A stretch of 32,949 nucleotides of DNA from a virus. Its lineage: Duplodnaviria; Caudoviricetes. The position numbers and the translations under genes were made by a program. Shown here in pieces: positions 7,041 to 13,841 of the stretch (within the stretch, counting starts at the first letter, position 1; every line of letters starts with the position of its first letter). The notes beneath the pieces were generated by a model, which was not told the DNA's origin, searched no databases, and saw nothing but the letters and a program-made list of their open reading frames with translations. The stretch lies in the IMG/VR virus record IMGVR_UViG_3300006428_000044, positions 1 to 32,949 of that record. One strand, 5' to 3'.

Positions 7041-8417
7041 ATGGAAGAAAGTGAAGCAACCAGAAACGGGAAAGGGTTCGGATTTCTTTTCGAGATGGGC
7101 TGCGGCAAAACCCTTACGGCCATAGCGGTGGCCGGCATTGGATACCAGATGGGCAAGATCAATAAGGTCCTGATCGTGGCCCCGACTTCTGTCTGCGCCG
7201 TCTGGCCGAAGGAATTTCAGGAGTACGCGGACTTCAAGTACACCATCACAACACTGCTGGGCGAAAAGAACAAGCGCATCAAGGCGCTGGACGACCTTGA
7301 CCGATTCCCTTTTAAGGCCATGAAGGTGGCGGTGATCAACTACGAATCCACGTGGAGAGACGGCATCTTCGAGCGCCTGCAGGAGTTTGACGCAGACCTT
7401 ATCATCGCCGACGAGAGCCAGCGCATCAAAACACACGACGCCTCGCAGAGTAAGGCAATGCACAAGCTCGGCGACCAGGCCAGATACAAGATGATCCTTT
7501 CAGGTACCCCGGTACAGAACGAGGCAATCGACATATTCAGCCAGTACAGATTCCTCGACAGCACGATCTTCGGTCAGAACTTCTACGCCTTCAGAGGCCG
7601 CTATGCCGTCATGGGCGGGTTCAACCGCAAACAGGTAATCGGGTACCGGGATCTGGACGGCCTTATCAAGAAGGAACACAGCATTGCATACCGCGTGACC
7701 AAAAACGAGGCCCTTGACCTGCCGGAACAGACCTTTGAAAACCGCTACATACAGTTTAACCCCAAAGAGAAACAACTCTATGACCGCCTCAAGCGTGACA
7801 GCTTCGCGGATCTGGACGGCGGCGACAGGATCACAGCGACAACCGTTCTGACAAAGCTCCTCCGGCTCCAGCAGCTCACGGGCGGGTTTCTCGTGGGAGA
7901 CGAAGCGGACCGTCCGCAGCTGGTCAGCACCGGGAAACTGGATGCGCTGGAAGATATCCTTAACGATTATGTCCTCGAAGGAAAAAAGAAGCTTGTGATC
8001 TTCGCCCGGTTCATTCCGGAGGTACATGAAATTATACGCCTCGCAGAGAAAACGCTCGGCAAAGCCGGAATGAAAACCGTTGGTATTTACGGCGACGTCA
8101 AAAAAGAGCTAAGGGGCGATATCATCAAGCAATTTCAGGAAGACCCGAAAACGATGGCCTTCGTCGGGCAGATCGACACGGCGGGTACCGGTATCACCCT
8201 GACGGCGGCCGACACCTGCGTGTACTACAGCGTGAACTTTAACTACGCCACCTACAGTCAGAGCCTGTCCCGGATTCACAGAATCGGCCAGCATCACCCC
8301 TGCACCTACATTCACCTCATGGTAGAGGGAACCATTGATGAGATGCTCATGAAATCGCTGGCTAAAAAGGAAGACCTTGCAAAAACGGTGGTAGACACAT
8401 GGAGGGAGTACTTCTAA
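7041..8417 (+). CDS. SNF2-family helicase lacking its N-terminal Q motif
   Basis: EMGCGKT, IVAP, IIADESQRIK, LSGTP, GITLT, SRIHRIGQ. Confidence 0.92.
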   Translation: MEESEATRNGKGFGFLFEMGCGKTLTAIAVAGIGYQMGKINKVLIVAPTSVCAVWPKEFQEYADFKYTITTLLGEKNKRIKALDDLDRFPFKAMKVAVINYESTWRDGIFERLQEFDADLIIADESQRIKTHDASQSKAMHKLGDQARYKMILSGTPVQNEAIDIFSQYRFLDSTIFGQNFYAFRGRYAVMGGFNRKQVIGYRDLDGLIKKEHSIAYRVTKNEALDLPEQTFENRYIQFNPKEKQLYDRLKRDSFADLDGGDRITATTVLTKLLRLQQLTGGFLVGDEADRPQLVSTGKLDALEDILNDYVLEGKKKLVIFARFIPEVHEIIRLAEKTLGKAGMKTVGIYGDVKKELRGDIIKQFQEDPKTMAFVGQIDTAGTGITLTAADTCVYYSVNFNYATYSQSLSRIHRIGQHHPCTYIHLMVEGTIDEMLMKSLAKKEDLAKTVVDTWREYF

Positions 8418-8647
8418 TGACGTGCAAAGAATTGATTGAATACCTGTCCGAGTTCGACCCGGAAGAGGGCGTCGCCGCCTTGATTTTAGATCTGGAAAGC
8501 AGGCAGGCGTACAAGCCTAAAGCCTACCAGCTCATGTCCGGTGCCGAATTCCCTGTGCTCCTCTTCGAACTTGGCGAGGCGTCGCCGCTGGATGAGATGG
8601 TAGAGCAAGTCGAGGAAGGAGGCGATTCGGATGGAAATGAAGCGTGA
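8417..8647 (+). CDS. Hypothetical acidic phage protein
   Basis: TAATG coupling; MTCKELIEYLSEFD start. Confidence 0.7.
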   Translation: MTCKELIEYLSEFDPEEGVAALILDLESRQAYKPKAYQLMSGAEFPVLLFELGEASPLDEMVEQVEEGGDSDGNEA

Positions 8648-8807
8648 GGACTACAAGGCCGTCAAGCACATGGACAAAGCGCAACTCACGGCCTATCTGG
8701 CTCGGGTATATCGGCGCGGCTACGAGGCTGGGGTAAAGGCTCTCGCATCCGAGATGAAGAATGCTCCTCAAAGCGAACGGGCGGATTCAGGCGGTGCCAA
8801 GTCATGA
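8631..8807 (+). CDS. 58-aa hypothetical protein
   Basis: AAGGAGG RBS; MEMKREDYKAVKHMDKAQLTAYLARVYRRGYEAG. Confidence 0.65.
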   Translation: MEMKREDYKAVKHMDKAQLTAYLARVYRRGYEAGVKALASEMKNAPQSERADSGGAKS

Positions 8808-8977
8808 AGCAGATTATGCATCTTTGCTACAGCTGCGCCGAACGCATGGCCGAGGGGTTCAGCGTAAGAAAGACCTCAGACAGCTCGGCTGACGAGAAAT
8901 GCGAGCTCTGCAAGAAACGGTCATACCTGAATACCTACGAGGTCTCCTCCAAAAAAGGAGGCGGACAGGATGAATAA
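8804..8977 (+). CDS. 57-aa two-CxxC protein
   Basis: ATGA overlap; LCYSCA...KCELCKK. Confidence 0.6.
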   Translation: MKQIMHLCYSCAERMAEGFSVRKTSDSSADEKCELCKKRSYLNTYEVSSKKGGGQDE

Positions 8978-9362
8978 GCAGCCGCTTCCCTTTGCCATAT
9001 ATGACACGGCCGACGCGGAGCTTCCCACTCTGCAAGAGATAGGCGACGCGCTGGAAAACTACAAGCCTCAGCCGTCACAATTCATAGCAGCCATTTGGAA
9101 AACCCTTCAGACTGTCAAAGCGCACGGTTCCCATCGGCTGATTGTCACGATACTATCCCAGCCTCCAAAGGGCCGGCGCTGCATCGTTTCCAAGCTTGAT
9201 GACGGATACCGCATTGAGAAGGGGTGTCTGTACGGTACGCAGCGAATAGACATCTGCCCCAACGCCGACAAATGCCCGGGCGGGGTAACTGACGCCAGAG
9301 TTTGCGAGGACATATTCAGCCGCTTCAAGAGCAAGCACGGGATGTGCGGAAAGGAGGAATAG
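8970..9362 (+). CDS. Hypothetical protein
   Basis: AAAGGAGG RBS, tightly packed in the operon. Confidence 0.65.
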   Translation: MNKQPLPFAIYDTADAELPTLQEIGDALENYKPQPSQFIAAIWKTLQTVKAHGSHRLIVTILSQPPKGRRCIVSKLDDGYRIEKGCLYGTQRIDICPNADKCPGGVTDARVCEDIFSRFKSKHGMCGKEE

Positions 9363-9365
9363 GCA

Positions 9366-9944
9366 GTGAAGCTTACTATATCAACCAAAATTCAATCCTT
9401 CACCTTAGAGCTTCCGGATGAGGAATGCGCAGAGCGTTTTCGTGAGCTGGTGGGCGCTGTTATTTCTGCGAAGACCACCTCAGGCAGCGTTGAGGCGGAC
9501 ACGCCAGATCTTCCTGTTGAAGACGAGCCTGAGCCAACACCAAAATCAATGGAGCAGGTGTTGCCCACCGTGAAAATGCCGGTTCCCTTGCAACCTGCTT
9601 CAGTACCGGAGAGACAGCCTGAGCCAACACTGTATCGAGGCTTTCTATACATCAAGTGCCCAAAATGCGGAGAAGCCCGGGGATTCAACGCAAAGAATGA
9701 GGTCAGCCGATACTATTGCAATTCCTGCGGTACTTCGAGCGAGCTTCCGGCAAACCTTACGCCCCTCTTCGTTAACTGCGAATGCGGCCGACGCTTCAAG
9801 TACATGACAAACATCACGGAGGATCTCTTCGATATCCCATGCTTAAACTGCGGAAGTCCAGTGCCTGTTCAATACAATCCCAGATCAAACTCCTATGAGA
9901 CCATCGGCAGAACCCAAAGGAGGAAAAAAATATGCCTGAAATAA
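9366..9944 (+). CDS. Multi-zinc-ribbon protein
   Basis: CPKC, CNSC, CEC, CLNC motifs after a Pro/Glu-rich linker. Confidence 0.75.
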   Translation: MKLTISTKIQSFTLELPDEECAERFRELVGAVISAKTTSGSVEADTPDLPVEDEPEPTPKSMEQVLPTVKMPVPLQPASVPERQPEPTLYRGFLYIKCPKCGEARGFNAKNEVSRYYCNSCGTSSELPANLTPLFVNCECGRRFKYMTNITEDLFDIPCLNCGSPVPVQYNPRSNSYETIGRTQRRKKICLK

Positions 9945-10423
9945 CTGTTATGAAAGCAATCACAGTATGGCAGCCGTGGGCGTCGCTCTGGGCCTGCGGT
10001 GCAAAGCAATTCGAGACTCGCCCTTGGGCGACAAAATACCGCGGGCCGATAGCCATTCATGCCGGGCTTGCCTTCGACAACTCTTTTACAGAAGAGTTTG
10101 CCAAAGCTGCACATGCTGCCCTCAAGAAGTCCCTGCCAGGGTTCACCTACATGCACGAGCTCCCGCGCGGCGCGATCATCGCTACTGCCGAGCTGGTAGG
10201 CTGCCACAAGATGGTGTTACACGGCGGGCGCGGCCTGTCCAGCGCCTCCCCTGGCTGGCTCGAAACAGACCGTGGAATTTACGAGCCGGACGAACAGGAG
10301 CTGCTTTTTGGTGACTGGACACCGGGGCGCTATGCCTGGGAGATCGCCAACGTTAAGATGCTGGAGACGCCTATTTCCGCCAAGGGCAAGCAGCGCCTGT
10401 GGAATTGGGAGAATGCATCATGA
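9932..10423 (+). CDS. ASCH-domain protein
   Basis: KAITVWQPWASL..GAKQFETR.W...YRGPIAIHA...GKQRLW. Confidence 0.88.
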   Translation: MPEITVMKAITVWQPWASLWACGAKQFETRPWATKYRGPIAIHAGLAFDNSFTEEFAKAAHAALKKSLPGFTYMHELPRGAIIATAELVGCHKMVLHGGRGLSSASPGWLETDRGIYEPDEQELLFGDWTPGRYAWEIANVKMLETPISAKGKQRLWNWENAS

Positions 10424-10596
10424 ATACCATAACAGTCAAAAACCTTTCAACCTTTGCGGACTATTCAGCGGTAGCGAGAGTGGCCCGGCTCATGTCCGGA
10501 AATGAATACTATGCCACTCACGATGAGCACGGCAATGAGGTGATCCGGATCACGCGCAGCGGAAACACCTACACCGTGCTTGATATGGGGGGCTGA
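10420..10596 (+). CDS. Hypothetical 58-aa protein
   Basis: ATGA overlap, operon packing. Confidence 0.6.
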   Translation: MNTITVKNLSTFADYSAVARVARLMSGNEYYATHDEHGNEVIRITRSGNTYTVLDMGG

Positions 10597-10598
10597 GC

Positions 10599-10856
10599 AT
10601 GAACAGGTACATTTGCCCGGTCTGTGGCCGGTTTTCCTATTCTTCCGCGCCCCCGGAAACGCAGGTTGACGATAGCTGCCCGTATCCCTTCTGCGACGGG
10701 CACGTCATCCCAGCCCCTGAAGACCAAAAATGCCGCGTCTGCGGATGCACCTGGGATCATGCCTGCCCCGGAGGCTGCTACTGGGTAGAACCTGACCTGT
10801 GCAGCCGGTGCGCGGAAAAGGAGGCAACGAAGCATGGCGACGAAAAAACAATATAG
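10599..10856 (+). CDS. Cys-rich small protein
   Basis: CPVC, CPYPFC, CRVCGCTWDHACPGGCYWVEPDLCSRC. Confidence 0.75.
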   Translation: MNRYICPVCGRFSYSSAPPETQVDDSCPYPFCDGHVIPAPEDQKCRVCGCTWDHACPGGCYWVEPDLCSRCAEKEATKHGDEKTI

Positions 10857-11355
10857 CGGCGACACATCCGTTTTTGAAAAGAAGTTGAGCCGCGTCATGG
10901 AGCGGCTTGGCGTCAAAAAGTATCAATGCGACTGGACGCAGGGCAAAAGCGGAAGCAGCTGCTACGTTGAAATGCACTATGGCGGATCTGTTTACCGCTT
11001 CGAGAACAGCACTGAGAAATCGGCAAAATGCGGCCGGAATCTGGCCTATGTGAGCGACCTGTTTGCTGCCGTGGTCTATTCGCTGGAGGGCCTGGCTCGC
11101 GCGGTAGAACAAGGTATCTTCACGCTGGATATGCTGCTCGCGGGTGTCCCGGCGCTTCCTGCCGCCGCGCCGTTGGAGCCGTGCTTCTCAGCGCTCGGAT
11201 TTACCAGTCGGCCAGAAAGCGCCGATGCGGTGAAGCTTCAATATAAGCGCATGGCGAAGGTTATGCACCCGGACGCAGGTGGTAGCGCAGAAGCCTTTGC
11301 CGCTCTTAATGACAACTATGCCGCATGCTTGAAGGCGGTGGAACAGGAGGATTAA
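10834..11355 (+). CDS. Phage protein with C-terminal J domain
   Basis: VKLQYKRMAKVMHPDAGGSAEAFAALNDNY (HPD motif). Confidence 0.85.
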   Translation: MATKKQYSGDTSVFEKKLSRVMERLGVKKYQCDWTQGKSGSSCYVEMHYGGSVYRFENSTEKSAKCGRNLAYVSDLFAAVVYSLEGLARAVEQGIFTLDMLLAGVPALPAAAPLEPCFSALGFTSRPESADAVKLQYKRMAKVMHPDAGGSAEAFAALNDNYAACLKAVEQED

Positions 11356-11359
11356 CTTT

Positions 11360-11572
11360 ATGGATGAAATGAAGCGCATTGTACTCTGCCGGCTATGCGG
11401 CCGTCCTGAATATTACGGAGACATGCGCTGGCTCTCGGGGCGCTGCATGTGCCGGGCCTGCTACCGGGCAGATTATTACGATCGAACCGGAAAGCCTTAT
11501 TCCTGGGACGATCTCGACGGCCACGCCCCAACGATGGAAGAATATCTCGCCCAGCAGGAACAGGAGGCCTAA
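11360..11572 (+). CDS. Small Cys-rich protein
   Basis: CRLCG...CMCRACY; AGGAGG RBS. Confidence 0.7.
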   Translation: MDEMKRIVLCRLCGRPEYYGDMRWLSGRCMCRACYRADYYDRTGKPYSWDDLDGHAPTMEEYLAQQEQEA

Positions 11573-11576
11573 AAAA

Positions 11577-11780
11577 ATGTTTAGCATCAAGCTCAAAACC
11601 ACCACGGCAATCTATTGCCCCTATTGCCATTCCCCGCTGGTGGAACATGCGAAGCCGAAGGTCACTGAAGACCTGATTGCCCACAATGAGCTTTACGGCG
11701 TTCGGTGCAGAAATTGCGGAGCCAAGGGGTACATCCATGAAAGCTGGGGCTTGCCGAAACAGGCAGAAAAGGAGAGCTGA
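11577..11780 (+). CDS. Small zinc-ribbon protein
   Basis: CPYCH...CRNCGA; AGGAGG RBS before ATG 11577. Confidence 0.65.
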   Translation: MFSIKLKTTTAIYCPYCHSPLVEHAKPKVTEDLIAHNELYGVRCRNCGAKGYIHESWGLPKQAEKES

Positions 11781-11785
11781 AGACA

Positions 11786-11977
11786 ATGGAAAGCAAAAAC
11801 CTCTGCCCGTTCAAGAAACGGGTCCACAAGGAAACGAATCCCATGACCGGCGTAACCACAACTCATGAATGGTTCGAGGAATGTGCCAAAAAGCGGTGCA
11901 TGGCTTACCGGAACGGCAAGTGCCTCCGCCTGGAGTGTGCAAATAACAGAAAGGATGGTTCACATGATCCTGCTTGA
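11786..11977 (+). CDS. Small Cys-containing protein
   Basis: CPF...FEECAKKRCMAY...C. Confidence 0.65.
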   Translation: MESKNLCPFKKRVHKETNPMTGVTTTHEWFEECAKKRCMAYRNGKCLRLECANNRKDGSHDPA

Positions 11978-12404
11978 CATGGTACGGGAGTACCAAACCC
12001 TGCTTGAGCGCAAGGACGAACTTGCGGCTCAAACCAAAGATAACAATGCCGCCATCGAAGACCGCAAGGCGAAAATCGCGCAGCAGATGGTTGATGATGA
12101 CTGCCCCCGCATTTCCAGCGGCGGTTACTCATTCAGCCTCGCGCAGAAGACCATTTACAGCAAGCGGTCGGAAGAGGAGATCAAGGATAGTGGCGTGGCT
12201 TTCTTCGATGTTCTGCGTGAAGAGGGCCTGGGCGACATCATCGTGGAGAAGGTAGATCCCCGCACTCTCCAGGCTACGATGAAATCCTACATAGAGGAAA
12301 ACGGCGAGCTTTCCGAAGCGCTGGACAAGGTGGTCAATGCCTTCGAAACAGTTGACATTACCCGGCGAAAAGAAAGTGTGAAAATTGGAGGTAAAAAATC
12401 ATGA
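11964..12404 (+). CDS. Conserved-looking phage replication-module protein (coiled-coil N-terminus)
   Basis: GAAAGGA RBS; LREEGLGDIIVEKVDPRTL motif typical of proteins preceding phage SSBs. Confidence 0.7.
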   Translation: MILLDMVREYQTLLERKDELAAQTKDNNAAIEDRKAKIAQQMVDDDCPRISSGGYSFSLAQKTIYSKRSEEEIKDSGVAFFDVLREEGLGDIIVEKVDPRTLQATMKSYIEENGELSEALDKVVNAFETVDITRRKESVKIGGKKS

Positions 12405-12865
12405 GCGACTATGAGCAAATGGAAATGGACATGACCCTCAAGGCTGATCTGGACATCAAGGAGAATATCCTGACGGCGATCCACTTCACCAAGAACAAGA
12501 TCGTGGGCGGCGACACACCTCCGGCCAAGGTTTGCAACCGGCACGAAGCTTACGGCATCGCCGCAGAAAACTTCTCCGCCCTGCAGGGCAGGGTCAAGGC
12601 CATCAAGGACAACATGGGCACTTTGCTTAATACCCTGCCCGATCCCAATTTCCCGGCGCTGGAGGCCGTCAGCGCCCTTTGCAACAGCACAACCGACGCC
12701 GCAGTGCAGGCGGTCCGTATGGCCGCAGAGATGCAGAGAACCCTGAACGACCTCTACATCGTGGAACAGATGGGCAATGACAGCACCACTCCGATGGACG
12801 AGCTGGTCGCTGCCGTTGATGGTGACTTTGCCGAGGCTGAACCCGCCGAGGCCGAAAACGAATAA
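12401..12865 (+). CDS. Hypothetical helical protein
   Basis: GGAGGT RBS, ATGA overlap, strong codon bias. Confidence 0.75.
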   Translation: MSDYEQMEMDMTLKADLDIKENILTAIHFTKNKIVGGDTPPAKVCNRHEAYGIAAENFSALQGRVKAIKDNMGTLLNTLPDPNFPALEAVSALCNSTTDAAVQAVRMAAEMQRTLNDLYIVEQMGNDSTTPMDELVAAVDGDFAEAEPAEAENE

Positions 12866-12874
12866 TAGGAGGAT

Positions 12875-13738
12875 ATGAAAATGGCTAAGAAAACGGAACT
12901 TGCTGTGATGGACAGCTTCAAGATCGCGAACCGCTTTGAGGGCATGGACCCGGACCTCATGGCGGAGCTTCAGGACCAGATGGAAGATCTGGACAACGAG
13001 AGCGGTATTTCCTGCCGCATGGTCAAAATTCCCTCCGGCGGCGGCCTGGCCTACGAGGTGCAGGGTGACGACGAGGACGATGTGGAGTACATGAAGGAAG
13101 TCAGCGGCGTGATCGTCTTCACCCATCGCCTGAACGCTTACTGGGAAAAGGAATACGGCTCTGGCGACGACGGGGACAAAATCCCGGTCTGCTCCAGCAT
13201 GGACGGGAAGGTCGGCATCCGCAACGATACCGGCGAAGTCTGCGACTGCGAGCATTGTCCCCTCAACGCTTACGGCACCGACATCAAGGGCGGCAAGGGC
13301 AAGGCCTGCAAGAATATGCGCCGGGTCTACATCATGATGGACAATGACCCGAACCTTTATCTCCTGACCGTCCCGCCCACGTCCATCAAGGATGTGAATA
13401 AGCAGCTTGCCCGGATCATGGGTACCAAGGGCATTCCCTACACCGGACTGATCGTCTCCTTCAAGCTCGAAAAGGCGACCAATGCCGGCGGCATCGCCTA
13501 CAGCAAGGTAACCATCGAAAAGAAAGGCATCCTTCCTCCTTCAGCTTCCGGGATGGCCAAGGAGCTGCGCCGTCAGATCAAGGGCAAGTATACGCAAATG
13601 GCAATCACCTTGAACGACTATAACACGGTGACGCCGGCCGCGCATGATGCCGACGACCAGGAGCAAACCGATGAAGCGACCGGCGAGGCCGAGTTTACTG
13701 AGGTTGCCCCGGCAGATGATCTGCCCTTCAAGGATTAA
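12875..13738 (+). CDS. Putative ssDNA-binding protein
   Basis: KIPSGG, PVCSS.DG, C..CP.N.YG, GKACKN, LTVPPTS motifs; acidic tail ending DDLPFKD; upstream of the primase. Confidence 0.65.
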   Translation: MKMAKKTELAVMDSFKIANRFEGMDPDLMAELQDQMEDLDNESGISCRMVKIPSGGGLAYEVQGDDEDDVEYMKEVSGVIVFTHRLNAYWEKEYGSGDDGDKIPVCSSMDGKVGIRNDTGEVCDCEHCPLNAYGTDIKGGKGKACKNMRRVYIMMDNDPNLYLLTVPPTSIKDVNKQLARIMGTKGIPYTGLIVSFKLEKATNAGGIAYSKVTIEKKGILPPSASGMAKELRRQIKGKYTQMAITLNDYNTVTPAAHDADDQEQTDEATGEAEFTEVAPADDLPFKD

Positions 13739-13765
13739 GCTGAGCAGGTTCAAAGAATTGCAATC

Positions 13766-13791
13766 GCGGGGGTACCGCAAGGTACCCCCGC
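13766..13791 (+). other. Perfect 11-bp hairpin with GCAA tetraloop, no U tract
   Basis: GCGGGGGTACC-GCAA-GGTACCCCCGC. Confidence 0.85.
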
Positions 13792-13841
13792 ATGACGGGA
13801 GCAGCCTATGGAAATATACAGCGAAAGGACGGTGAGAGCAG

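Noticed and set aside
12287-13255. Long minus-strand ORFs (also 27541..28719, 30984..32510, 6684..7463)
   Set aside because: Antisense shadows of GC3-biased genes; no RBS or recognisable motifs
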